Assembly (NCBI GenBank): GCA_045804285.1
Contig: JBJMNL010000240.1
Span: forward strand, 5,821-69,820
DNA length: 64,000 bases
Direction of reading: 5' to 3'
Origin: Gemmatimonadaceae bacterium
GTDB lineage: Bacteria; Gemmatimonadota; Gemmatimonadetes; Gemmatimonadales; Gemmatimonadaceae
The position numbers and the translations under genes were made by a program. The notes below the pieces were generated by a model that made no database searches, was not told the origin of the DNA, and saw nothing but the letters and a program-made list of their open reading frames with translations. Shown here piece after piece: positions 49,657-58,392 of this stretch (the first letter of the stretch is position 1; each line of letters begins with the position of its first letter).

Positions 49657-50787
49657 CTACCCTCCCCTGATCTTCGCCTCGCCGAGCTGCGCGGCGAGGT
49701 GTGCTTCGGTCTCGGCGGCCGCCCGCTCCCACGTGAACGTCTCGGCGAAGCGCCGCCCGCGCGCGCCGAGCGCCGCCACCAGCTCGGGCGACGCCGCCAG
49801 GCGCCCCATCGCCCCCGCCATCGCGGAGACGTCGCCGTGCGCGACGAGGAAGCCCGTCTCCCCGTCGCGCACCGACTCCCGCAGCCCGGGCGAGTTCGAT
49901 GCGACGACCGGCGTGCCGCACGCGGCCGCCTCCATGTTAGTGATCCCCCACCCTTCCTTCGGCGAGGCGAAGACGAGAGCCCAGGCGCGCCGGAGGAGCG
50001 CCACCTTGTCCCCCTCGTCTATACGCCCAAGAAACCGCACGCGCCCGCCGAGGTCAAGCGAGGCGGCGAGGCGCTCCAGCTCGGGGCGGTAGTCGCCGCT
50101 GCCGGCGATCTCGAGCGTCGCCGCGGGGTGCCCCCCGCCGCGCACCAGCTCGGCGAAGGCACGGATGACGATGTCGACGCCCTTGTACCGCTTGAGGCGC
50201 CCGAGGTACGCGAAGACCGGGGTCGGTGCGCGCGTGGCCGGAGCCGGCGTGTAGTGGACCGTGTCGATCCCGCAGTAGATGACCCGCACCCGGTCCCGGG
50301 GGATCCCGCGGCGCGCCAGGTCGTCGGCCGTGCTCTCGCTGATCGCCTGGAAGGGGACGTCCCGGTAGAGCCGCCCGAGCGGTCGCTCGGCGAGCCAGAC
50401 GGCCGCCGCGAGCGGCGCCGGCAGCTCCTCGAACGCCGTACCGCCGAAGAGGTGCGGCACGACCGCGACGGAGCGCTCCGGCCCCCAGTAGGGCGTATAC
50501 AGCGGCGCCTTGTTGATGTCCTCGACCACCAGGTCGAAGCCCCGCTCCTGCAGCTCGCGCCGGTAGTAGCGGCGCGCGAGCAGCGCGAACGTCTGCCGCG
50601 TGCCGACCCGGTGCACGGCCATGCCGTCGAGCTCGACGCGCCGCGTGCCGCCCGGCCACCCGCCGCAGAGGAGCGTCACCTCGTGCCCGCCGCAGGCGAG
50701 ACGGCCGAAGATCTCATGCAGATGAATCTCGGCCCCGCCCGCCTGCGGGTTTTCGCGGTCCTGCCAGTTGACGACGAGGATCTTCAC
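49657..50787 (-). CDS. GT4-family (GT-B fold) glycosyltransferase
   Basis: MKILVVNWQDRENPQAGGAEIHLHEI .. C-terminal E-x7-E region FASPKEGWGITNMEAAACGTPVVASNSPGLRESV. Confidence 0.85.
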   Translation of the reverse strand: MKILVVNWQDRENPQAGGAEIHLHEIFGRLACGGHEVTLLCGGWPGGTRRVELDGMAVHRVGTRQTFALLARRYYRRELQERGFDLVVEDINKAPLYTPYWGPERSVAVVPHLFGGTAFEELPAPLAAAVWLAERPLGRLYRDVPFQAISESTADDLARRGIPRDRVRVIYCGIDTVHYTPAPATRAPTPVFAYLGRLKRYKGVDIVIRAFAELVRGGGHPAATLEIAGSGDYRPELERLAASLDLGGRVRFLGRIDEGDKVALLRRAWALVFASPKEGWGITNMEAAACGTPVVASNSPGLRESVRDGETGFLVAHGDVSAMAGAMGRLAASPELVAALGARGRRFAETFTWERAAAETEAHLAAQLGEAKIRGG

Positions 50788-50800
50788 GAGGGGCCGGAAA

Positions 50801-50848
50801 GGCGGGATTCAGAGGGGCGGGACTCAGAGGGGCGGGACTCAGAGGGGC
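50801..50848. repeat. Tandem 15-mer GGCGGGACTCAGAGG x3
   Basis: ggcgggattcagagg ggcgggactcagagg ggcgggactcagagg, directly abutting the next palindromic element. Confidence 0.9.
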
Positions 50849-50966
50849 GGAACGAGGACCGGGATGGACGGAATGCGGAATGAGGAACGAGGGCCGGGAC
50901 GTCATCACTGGCCCGCCAGGCCAACCGGTAGGGTCCCGGCCTCATTCCTCATGCCTCGTTCCGCCC
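50849..50966. repeat. GGAAYGA-family heptamer-arm palindromic element, copy 2 (contains the nusB stop codon)
   Basis: Left arm reads GGAACGA GGACCGG GATGGAC GGAATGC GGAATGA GGAACGA GGGCCGG GAC. The reverse complement of the right arm reads GGGC GGAACGA GGCATGA GGAATGA GGCCGGG AC. The nusB stop TGA is at 50942-50944. Confidence 0.85.
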
Positions 50967-51412
50967 TTGCCGCCCCTACCGCCCTTCATCTCCCCCAGCC
51001 TCCCCATCCGTCTCGCCAGCGCGTCCAGAACCCCGTTCACGAAGCGGGCGCTCTGCGCGCTGCCGTAGCGCTCGGCGAGGCGCACGGCCTCCTGGATGAC
51101 GACGCGCGGCGGCGTCTCGCCGGCGGAGAGCTCGGCGGCGGCGAGGCGGAGCACGGAGCGCTCGATGGCGCCGAGGCGCCCCAGGCGCCAGTTCGTGGTG
51201 ACGTCGGCGAGCTGCGCGTCGAGGGCGCGCCCCCCGGCGGCGACGGCGCGCACGAGGATGCCGGCGAGGCGGCGTTCGTCGGCCGGGACGGCGAGGTCGT
51301 CCCAGACCTGGCTCGCGACGCGGTCGAGGTTCGTCTCGCCGCGCAGGTCCCAGGCGTAGAGCGCCTGCAGCGCCCGCGCGCGGGCCCGCGTCTCAACCCT
51401 CGCGCGCGCCAT
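50942..51412 (-). CDS. nusB: Transcription antitermination factor NusB
   Basis: Start MARARVETRARARALQALYAW at 51412. Further motifs read AIERSVLRLAAAEL and RFVNGVLDAL. The last ~25 aa are low-complexity sequence read from the intergenic repeat. Confidence 0.85.
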   Translation of the reverse strand: MARARVETRARARALQALYAWDLRGETNLDRVASQVWDDLAVPADERRLAGILVRAVAAGGRALDAQLADVTTNWRLGRLGAIERSVLRLAAAELSAGETPPRVVIQEAVRLAERYGSAQSARFVNGVLDALARRMGRLGEMKGGRGGKGGTRHEE

Positions 51413-51920
51413 CGGCCAGGTCGTCGTCCGAGTCCTCGTCGTCGGCGCCGGCGGCGCTGTGCAGCCGGTCGAAGAGGTCGGCCATCTCCATGGCGGCCAG
51501 CGCGGCGTCCCACCCCTTGTTGCCATGCTCCCCACCGGCGCGCGCGTCGGCCTGCGCCATGTCGTCGGTGGTGAGGACGCCGAAGCCGATGGGCACCTCG
51601 AATTCGGCGCTCGCCGCCGCGAGCCCGCGCGAGGCCTCGCCGGCCACGTAGTCGAAGTGCGGCGTCTCCCCCCGCACCACCGCGCCGAGCGCGACGAGCG
51701 CGTGGTAGCGCTCAGTGGCGAGGAGGATGCGCGCGGCCGCCGGCAGCTCCCACGCGCCGGGCACCCACACCACGTCCACGTTCTCGTACGCCGCCCCGTG
51801 GCGCATCAGCGCGTCGAGCGCGCCGTCCACGAGACGCTGGGTGATCTGTTCGTTGAATCGGCTGGCGACCACCGCGAAGCGGCGGCCGCGCCCGGAGGGC
51901 GCGCCGGTGAATTCGGGCAT
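51393..51920 (-). CDS. ribH: 6,7-dimethyl-8-ribityllumazine synthase
   Basis: RFAVVASRFNEQITQRLVDGA .. VWVPGAWELP .. GAVVRGETPHFDYV, followed by an acidic C-terminal tail. Confidence 0.95.
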   Translation of the reverse strand: MPEFTGAPSGRGRRFAVVASRFNEQITQRLVDGALDALMRHGAAYENVDVVWVPGAWELPAAARILLATERYHALVALGAVVRGETPHFDYVAGEASRGLAAASAEFEVPIGFGVLTTDDMAQADARAGGEHGNKGWDAALAAMEMADLFDRLHSAAGADDEDSDDDLADGAREG

Positions 51921-51979
51921 AGAATCGGGAATTAAGCGGGGCCACCCCCGTACCGGGAGTGGGGGCCGCGGAGGTCACG

Positions 51980-52093
51980 GGCGGTCGGCAGTCGTCAGTC
52001 GTCAGTTTTCAGTGCGCAGTCGCCTCCGGGCACCGCTCACTGAAAACTGACGACTGGGCAGTGCGAACCGAAGACCGAGCACCGCCGACCGCC
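51980..52093. repeat. Heptamer-arm palindromic element (CAGTNNN type) between ribBA and ribH
   Basis: 51989-52023 reads CAGTCGT CAGTCGT CAGTTTT CAGTGCG CAGTCGC. The 19 nt CAGTCGTCAGTTTTCAGTG pair perfectly with 52038-52056. An outer pair GGCGGTCGGC (51980) / GCCGACCGCC (52084) flanks them. Confidence 0.8.
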
Positions 52094-52121
52094 TCCGGGC
52101 CACGCCGCTGACGCCGGAGCG

Positions 52122-53336
52122 TCAGGACGCGAGCAGATGCCCCAGCTTCGCCCGCTTGGTCTGCAGGTACCCCGAGTTCTCGTCGGTCGTCGGGGGCTCG
52201 ATCGGGACGCGCTCGCGCACGGTGAGGCCGTAGCCCTCGAGCCCGATGAGCTTGCGCGGGTTGTTGGTGATCGGACGGATCGCCTTGAGGCCGAGGTCGA
52301 GCAGGATCTGCGCGCCGATGCCGTAGTTGCGCAGGTCGGGGGCGAAGCCGAGCTCCTCGTTCGCCTCGACCGTGTCCTTCCCCGAGTCCTGGAGCTCGTA
52401 GGCGCGGAGCTTGTTGAGCAGGCCGATGCCGCGCCCCTCCTGGTCGAGGTAGACGATCACCCCGCGTCCCGCCTCGGCGATCATGCGCATAGCCGTGTGG
52501 AGCTGCCAGCCGCAGTCGCAGCGCATCGAGTGGAAGACGTCGCCCGTGAGGCACTTCGAGTGCATGCGGACGAGCACTCCGTCGCCGCCGGCGTCGGGCT
52601 GCTGCACGTCGCCGTAGACGAGCGCCACGTGCTCGTGCGTGTCCACGTCGTTGCGGTAGCCGATGATCCGGAACTCGCCGAAGTCGGTCGGCAGCCGCGC
52701 CTCCGCCACGCGGTGCACCAGGCGCTCGTTCTTCAGCCGGTAGGCGACGAGCTGCGCCACCGTGATGAAGGTGATCCCGTGCTCCTGCGTGAAGCGGTCG
52801 AGCTGCGGACGCCGCGCCGTGGTGCCGTCGTCGTTCAGGATCTCGCAGATCACGCCCGCCGGGTACAGGCCGGCGAGACGCGCGAGGTCCACCGCCGCCT
52901 CGGTGTGGCCCACGCGCTGGAGCACGCCCCCTTCGCGCGCGCGGAGCGGGTGGATGTGGCCCGGCCGCCGGAGGTCGCCGCGCACCGTCGCCGGGTCCAC
53001 CGCGACGTGGATCGTCATCGCCCGGTCGGCCGCGCTGATCCCCGTCGTCACGCCGAAGCGCGGCGCGGCGTCGATGCTCACCGTGAACGCGGTGCGCATG
53101 GCCTCCGTGTTCTCGTCCCCCTGCGGCTGGAGCCCCAGCTGGTCGACGCGCTCGCCGGTGAGCGCGAGACAGATCATCCCCTTCGCCCTGAGCATGAAGT
53201 TGATCATCTCGGGCGTGACCAGCTGCGCCGCGCAGATGAGGTCTCCCTCGTTCTCGCGGTCCTCGTCGTCCGCCACGACGACGAACTTTCCGGCGCGGAG
53301 GTCCGCGATGGCCTGCTCTACAGTGCCGAAGGGCAT
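52122..53336 (-). CDS. ribBA: Bifunctional 3,4-dihydroxy-2-butanone-4-phosphate synthase / GTP cyclohydrolase II
   Basis: DDEDRENEGDLI (RibB) and MHSKCLTGDVFHSMRCDCG (RibA zinc motif). Confidence 0.95.
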   Translation of the reverse strand: MPFGTVEQAIADLRAGKFVVVADDEDRENEGDLICAAQLVTPEMINFMLRAKGMICLALTGERVDQLGLQPQGDENTEAMRTAFTVSIDAAPRFGVTTGISAADRAMTIHVAVDPATVRGDLRRPGHIHPLRAREGGVLQRVGHTEAAVDLARLAGLYPAGVICEILNDDGTTARRPQLDRFTQEHGITFITVAQLVAYRLKNERLVHRVAEARLPTDFGEFRIIGYRNDVDTHEHVALVYGDVQQPDAGGDGVLVRMHSKCLTGDVFHSMRCDCGWQLHTAMRMIAEAGRGVIVYLDQEGRGIGLLNKLRAYELQDSGKDTVEANEELGFAPDLRNYGIGAQILLDLGLKAIRPITNNPRKLIGLEGYGLTVRERVPIEPPTTDENSGYLQTKRAKLGHLLAS

Positions 53337-53390
53337 CTCACTCTCACCTGATCTGAAGCTGTTTCGTTGTCGCGGGCCGCAGGCCCGCTC

Positions 53391-54008
53391 TCACGCCGAG
53401 GCCGCCGCGCGATGGGCCGCGAGATAGGGGTCGACCAGCCGCCGCACGTACTTCCCCACCACGTCGGCCTCGACGTGGACGCGGTCGCCCGCGGCGAGGT
53501 CGCCGAGCGTCGTGTGACGCAGCGTGTACTCGATGAGCGAGAGCTGCAGCGTGTCCGGCGCCGGCAGCGCGTTCACGGTCAGGCTCACGCCGTCCACCGT
53601 CACCGACCCGTGCGGCACCATCAGCTCCGCCAGCGACTCGGGGAGCGCGACGTCGACCAGCAGCGCGTCGTCGCGCCGAGCCACCTCGGTGACCCGCCCC
53701 ACGCCGTCGACGTGACCCTGCACGAGGTGGCCGCCGAGACGGTCGCCGGCGCGCAGGGCGCGTTCGAGGTTGACGCGCATGCCGGCGCGCCAGTCGCCCA
53801 TCGTCGTGCGGTCGAGCGTCGTGACCACCGCCGCCGCGGTGAACCATCCCGCCCCGTGCTCGCGCACGGTGAGGCAGGCGCCGTTGACCGCCACGCTCTC
53901 GCCCCCGGCCAGGTCGGCGTAGCGGCAGCGCACGCGGAACGCGCGCCCCGCCAGCGTCTCGTCCACCCGCTCGATGGTGCCGACGTCGTCGATCAGTCCG
54001 GTGAACAC
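53391..54008 (-). CDS. ribE: Riboflavin synthase
   Basis: MFTGLIDDVGTIERV and two lumazine-binding repeats (SVAVNGACLTV and SVTVDGVSLTV). Confidence 0.95.
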   Translation of the reverse strand: MFTGLIDDVGTIERVDETLAGRAFRVRCRYADLAGGESVAVNGACLTVREHGAGWFTAAAVVTTLDRTTMGDWRAGMRVNLERALRAGDRLGGHLVQGHVDGVGRVTEVARRDDALLVDVALPESLAELMVPHGSVTVDGVSLTVNALPAPDTLQLSLIEYTLRHTTLGDLAAGDRVHVEADVVGKYVRRLVDPYLAAHRAAASA

Positions 54009-54024
54009 GGGGCTGGGTGCGATC

Positions 54025-55155
54025 TCACTGGATCGGGTACGATACGGAGTAGACGGTCATCACGTCGGCGCCCAGCGCGCGTCGCTCCAGCGCCTGGAGG
54101 CGCAGAGCGGCGCCCGCGGACGCCGGCGGCACGGCCGAGAACGCGTTGAGGGCTCCCGCCCCCAGCACGATCGGCGCCTGTAAGATAATCAGTCGGTCCA
54201 CCAGGCAGCGGCCGAGCAGCGAGCCGGCGAGCTCGGCCCCCCCTTCCACGAGCAGCGAGCGCACGCCCTCGGCGCGGAGCGCGCGAAGCGCGGCGCCGGC
54301 GTCCGCGGCGACGACGACGTCCACGCCGGCGTCCACCAGGCGGCGCGCGCGCTCGGCGTCGGGCCGCTCGGTGACCACGGTGGTCGGGATCGCGCGCGCG
54401 CTGCGCGCCAGTCGGCTCTCGAGCGGGAGGCGCGCCGTGCGGTCGAAGACGACGCGGCGCGGCGCCAGTCGCGGCGGCTCCCAGTCGCGCACCGTCAGCG
54501 CCGGATCGTCGGCGAGCACCGTGCCGACGCCGACGGCGATCGCGTCGGCCCCGGCGCGCAGCCGGTGCACCTCGCGGCGCGCCTCGCGCCCCGTGAGCCA
54601 GAGCGGCGCGCGGTCGGCGCGGGCGATCGCCCCGTCCACCGACAGGGCGAGCTTGAGCGTCACCCACGGCCGGTAGGAGGTGAACGCGGTGAGGAAGGGG
54701 GCGTTGAGCTCGCGCGCGGCGTCCTCCTCGACGCCGAACGTCACGTCGATCCCCGCCGACTGGAGCTTCGCGCCCCCCCCCTGGGCGAGCGGGTTCGGGT
54801 CGCGCAGCGCCGCGACGACGCGCCGCACGCCGGCCGCGATCAGCGCGTCCGCGCAGGGCGGCGTCTTGCCGTGGTGCGCGCAGGGCTCGAGCGACACGTA
54901 GGCCGTGGCTCCGCGCGCCCGCTCTCCGGCCGCGGCGAGCGCCACGGCCTCCGCGTGCGGCTCGCCGTAGCCGGCGTGATGGCCCTCCCCCACCACCTCC
55001 CCGTCGCGCACGAGCACGGCGCCGACGAGCGGGTTCGGGGCGACCTGCCCCCAGCCACGCTCGGCGAGGGCGAGGGCGCGGCGCATGTAGTTGGAGTCGG
55101 CGTCGGCGGTCACGGGCGAGTCGGTTCCGGGTGCTGGTCGGATGGAATATGACAT
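54025..55155 (-). CDS. ribD: Bifunctional diaminohydroxyphosphoribosylaminopyrimidine deaminase / 5-amino-6-(5-phosphoribosylamino)uracil reductase
   Basis: Start MSYSIRPAPG at 55155. Deaminase motifs read HAEAVAL and SLEPCAHHGKTPPC. The C-terminal reductase domain contains LLVEGGAELAGS. Confidence 0.9.
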   Translation of the reverse strand: MSYSIRPAPGTDSPVTADADSNYMRRALALAERGWGQVAPNPLVGAVLVRDGEVVGEGHHAGYGEPHAEAVALAAAGERARGATAYVSLEPCAHHGKTPPCADALIAAGVRRVVAALRDPNPLAQGGGAKLQSAGIDVTFGVEEDAARELNAPFLTAFTSYRPWVTLKLALSVDGAIARADRAPLWLTGREARREVHRLRAGADAIAVGVGTVLADDPALTVRDWEPPRLAPRRVVFDRTARLPLESRLARSARAIPTTVVTERPDAERARRLVDAGVDVVVAADAGAALRALRAEGVRSLLVEGGAELAGSLLGRCLVDRLIILQAPIVLGAGALNAFSAVPPASAGAALRLQALERRALGADVMTVYSVSYPIQ

Positions 55156-55191
55156 GCCGCGCGTCCCGGTCACACGATGGACGGCGCATGC

Positions 55192-55230
55192 GAAACCGCC
55201 CGGCGCTCGCAACGAGCGCCGGGCGGTTTC
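55192..55230 (-). terminator. Hairpin terminator after the beta-barrel gene, upstream of ribD
   Basis: GAAACCGCCCGGCGCTCG caa CGAGCGCCGGGCGGTTTC (18-bp stem flanked by A/T residues). Confidence 0.65.
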
Positions 55231-55250
55231 GGGATGCGTTCAGCCGGGAC

Positions 55251-56279
55251 TCAGAAGCCGAACTTCAGGCCGAGCGAGCCGTAGGTGCGCGCGTCGTCCG
55301 CCTTCTTGTCGCCGAACGTGTTCAGGGTCTGCACGTCGCCGCCCGAGACGCGGCCGACCTCGGCCACGCCGCGGAAGACCAGCAAGTTGAACGAGAGATC
55401 CGCGAAGTAGTTGGTGCGGGTGAGCGACTGCTCGAGCGCACCCGCCTGGGTCCGGGCGCGCGTGTAGACCGGAACGCCGCCGCCGGCCACCGGCACGGCG
55501 ACGTCCGCGTGCGCGCTCCCCTTCGAGTCGTACTTGTCCTGGCCGGCGCCCACGGCGAGGCCGAACATGAGCAGATTCTTGCTCGCCACGACGCGCCAGG
55601 CCTTCGTGTTCACGGAGAGCCCCGAGACGCCGACCGTGTCGCGGTGCGCCGCGTCGGCCCCGTTGACCGCGGCCAGCACGTCGACCGTCGGGAGGTCGCG
55701 GCGCAGGTACGTCACCGACACGCCCGGCACGACCATCGACTCCTCGAGGATGCCGACGCGCGCGCCCCAACCGAACTTGAACGAGCCGTCGGGGAGACGG
55801 ACGCGGAAGTCGCCGTTGCCGTACTCGGGGAGGTAGCTCGCGCTGACGAGGGCGTCCACGCCGCCGACGTGCGTCAGGCCGAGCGGGATCCCCTTGAAGA
55901 GCCCGAGCGCGCCCTCCAGGGCCGGCGCGCCGAGGAACTGGTCCTTGGCGCCGAGATCGCTCGCCTGGGCGCCGGTCCGGCTGACCGAGAACTTCGACGC
56001 GTCGGGGATTGTCCCCTGGACGGCGTTCACGCGGAGGCCGACGGCGAAGTGGCCGAGGCCGCCCAGCGTGCTCCCCTGTCCGAGCGCGGCGTTGCCGCCG
56101 GCGACCGCGAGGCCGAGCTGCGGGGCCATGAAGTTGAAGACGTCCTGCGACTTCTGGCAGGCGTCCCGCGCCTCGACCTGCTGGCTCGAGCAGCTGAGCG
56201 ACGTCGAGCTCTGCGCGTGGAGCGGGGCGGTGATGCCGGCAAGGGCGAGCCCCGCCGTGAACAGACGAGCCTTCATCAT
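55251..56279 (-). CDS. Outer-membrane beta-barrel protein (porin-like), family not recognised
   Basis: Signal peptide ..ITAPLHAQ, an alternating amphipathic pattern throughout, and a C-terminal ..YGSLGLKFGF (aromatic terminal residue typical of OMPs). Confidence 0.65.
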   Translation of the reverse strand: MMKARLFTAGLALAGITAPLHAQSSTSLSCSSQQVEARDACQKSQDVFNFMAPQLGLAVAGGNAALGQGSTLGGLGHFAVGLRVNAVQGTIPDASKFSVSRTGAQASDLGAKDQFLGAPALEGALGLFKGIPLGLTHVGGVDALVSASYLPEYGNGDFRVRLPDGSFKFGWGARVGILEESMVVPGVSVTYLRRDLPTVDVLAAVNGADAAHRDTVGVSGLSVNTKAWRVVASKNLLMFGLAVGAGQDKYDSKGSAHADVAVPVAGGGVPVYTRARTQAGALEQSLTRTNYFADLSFNLLVFRGVAEVGRVSGGDVQTLNTFGDKKADDARTYGSLGLKFGF

Positions 56280-57340
56280 GAGCGATGCTCCTGGGTGAGT
56301 TTGACGACGCCTGAGCCGCGGACGACGCGACCGAGAGTCCAGGCGTTCACGCCCGCGCGGCGGGCGCTCACCATGACAGCATCGGCCGACGCGGCGTCGG
56401 TGATGACGACCATGCCGACCCCCATGTTGAAGGCGCGGAAGAGCTCGTCGCGCGCCACACCGCCCGCCTCCCCGAGGGCGCGGAACAGGTTGGGGACCGT
56501 CCAGCTCGCCGTGTCGACCACGGCGTCGAGCGTATCGGGCAGGGCGCGGTTGAGGTTGCCCGGAAGCCCCCCGCCGGTGACGTGCGCCATCGCGTGGACG
56601 ACGGGGAGCACGGGGCGGAGCGCCGCGAGGTACGAGCGGTGCACCGCGAGGAGGACGTCGGCCGTCGATCTCCCCTCCGGGTCGCCCGGGAAGGGGTCCG
56701 ACGGGCTCAGCCGCATCCGTTCTGAGACGATGCGGCGGGCGAGGGAGTAACCGTTGGTGTGCAGCCCGGAGCTCTCGAGCCCCACGAGCACGTCCCCCTC
56801 GCGCACCCGCTCGGCGCCCAGCACCTGGTCCTCCTCCACCGCTCCGACCACGAAGCCCGCCAGGTCGTAGTCCGGCGGGGTGTAGAGGCCGGGCATCTCG
56901 GCGGTCTCGCCGCCGATCAGCGCCGCCCCGTTCTCGCGGCAGCCGGCCGCGACGCCGGCGACGACTCCCTCGACCACCGCCGGCTCGAGCTTGCCGAAGG
57001 CGACGTAGTCGAGGAAGAAGAGTGGCGTCGCGCCCTGGACGAGGATGTCGTTGACGCAGTGGTTCACGAGGTCGTGGCCCACCGTGTCGTGGCGGTCGGC
57101 CTCGATGGCGACCTTGATCTTGGTCCCCACGCCGTCGGCGCTGGCCACGAGGAGCGGGCTGCGCATGCCCGGCGGGACGCGGAACATCCCCCCGAAGCCG
57201 CCGAAGGCGCCGCGCGCCCCCGCCGTGAACGTGGACTCGACGAGCCGCTTGATGCGGTGCTTCGCGTCGTCCGCCGCGTCGATGTCGACGCCGGCGGCGC
57301 GGTAGTCGAGCGGCCCGGGCGCTCCGGTCGAGTCGCTCAC
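56276..57340 (-). CDS. purM: Phosphoribosylformylglycinamidine cyclo-ligase (AIR synthetase)
   Basis: GTG at 57340 (GTGA overlap with the pfkB stop). Motifs read YRAAGVDIDA, VASADGVGTK, DYVAFGKL and GLHTNGYSL. Confidence 0.95.
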   Translation of the reverse strand: MSDSTGAPGPLDYRAAGVDIDAADDAKHRIKRLVESTFTAGARGAFGGFGGMFRVPPGMRSPLLVASADGVGTKIKVAIEADRHDTVGHDLVNHCVNDILVQGATPLFFLDYVAFGKLEPAVVEGVVAGVAAGCRENGAALIGGETAEMPGLYTPPDYDLAGFVVGAVEEDQVLGAERVREGDVLVGLESSGLHTNGYSLARRIVSERMRLSPSDPFPGDPEGRSTADVLLAVHRSYLAALRPVLPVVHAMAHVTGGGLPGNLNRALPDTLDAVVDTASWTVPNLFRALGEAGGVARDELFRAFNMGVGMVVITDAASADAVMVSARRAGVNAWTLGRVVRGSGVVKLTQEHRS

Positions 57341-58305
57341 GCCCGGACGGCCGCCGAAGGCGAGGAGCCGGCGGGCTCCGGGACGCCCGCGTCCGCCGCC
57401 TGCGCCTCGAATGCGACGAGGCGGTGGAAGTCGCCCACCCGCCGCTCGATGTCGCGCGGCGTGATCTCCATCAGCCGCTGGATCGAGAACTTCTCGACGG
57501 CGAAGGAGCCCATCGCCGAGCCGTAGACCACCGCCCGGCGCAGGTTCGCGTCGCTCAGGTCCCCCGTGCGCGCGAGGTACCCCATGAAGCCGCCGGCGAA
57601 CGAGTCGCCGGCGCCGGTCGGGTCGAAGACGTCCTCGAGCGGGAAGGCGGGCGCGAAGAAGATCGACGCGCCGTGGAACATGAAGGCGCCGTGCTCCCCC
57701 TTCTTGATGATCACGTAGCGCGGGCCGCGCTCCATGATCCAGCGCGCCGCCTTCACGAGGTTCGCCTGCTCGGTGAGCTGTCGCGCCTCGCCGTCGTTGA
57801 GCGTGATGAGGTCGACGCGCTTCAGGAGCTCGAGCAGGTCGGGGCGCCGGCTCTCGATCCAGAAGTTCATGGTGTCGCAGGCGACGAGCCGCGGCGCCTC
57901 GACCTGGCTCAGCACCTCGAGCTGGAGCCGCGGGTCGATGTTGGCGAGGAAGACGAACGGCGCGCGGCGGAACTGCGCCGGGATCTTGGGGCGGAAGTGC
58001 GAGAAGACGCCCAGACGGGTCTCGAGCGTCTCCGCCGAGTTGAGGTCGTGGCGGTAGCGCCCGCGCCACCGGAACGACTCCCCTTCGGCCCGCTCGACGC
58101 CGGCGAGGTCCACACCGCGCGCGGCGAGCGGCGCGAGCTGCTCCACCGGGTAGTCGGCGCCGACGACGCCCACGAGCTGCACCGGCGTGAGATGGCTGGC
58201 CGAGGCGGAGAAGAACGTCCCCGAGCCTCCGAGGACGTCGTCGGCCTTGCCGAACGGCGTTTCGACGGAGTCGAGGGCGACGGAACCGACGACGAGAACG
58301 GACAT
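57337..58305 (-). CDS. PfkB/ribokinase-family sugar kinase
   Basis: MSVLVVGSVALDSVETPFG .. GGSGTFFSASA .. C-terminal DPTGAGDSFAGGFMGYL. Confidence 0.85.
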   Translation of the reverse strand: MSVLVVGSVALDSVETPFGKADDVLGGSGTFFSASASHLTPVQLVGVVGADYPVEQLAPLAARGVDLAGVERAEGESFRWRGRYRHDLNSAETLETRLGVFSHFRPKIPAQFRRAPFVFLANIDPRLQLEVLSQVEAPRLVACDTMNFWIESRRPDLLELLKRVDLITLNDGEARQLTEQANLVKAARWIMERGPRYVIIKKGEHGAFMFHGASIFFAPAFPLEDVFDPTGAGDSFAGGFMGYLARTGDLSDANLRRAVVYGSAMGSFAVEKFSIQRLMEITPRDIERRVGDFHRLVAFEAQAADAGVPEPAGSSPSAAVRA

Positions 58306-58322
58306 GGAAGAGAGGGGAGCGA

Positions 58323-58363
58323 GATGGAGGGCGCCCGATGGAGGGCGCCCGATGCAGGGCGCG
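58323..58363. repeat. Tandem 14-mer GATGGAGGGCGCCC x2.8
   Basis: gatggagggcgccc gatggagggcgccc gatgcagggcgcg, upstream of the pfkB start. Confidence 0.85.
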
Positions 58364-58392
58364 TGCGTTCGGTGCGGGCCGATTCCGGGCCG

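Noticed and set aside
55156-55250. FMN riboswitch upstream of ribD
   Set aside because: Only about 95 nt are available and 39 nt of them form the upstream gene's terminator. I saw no RFN core strings.
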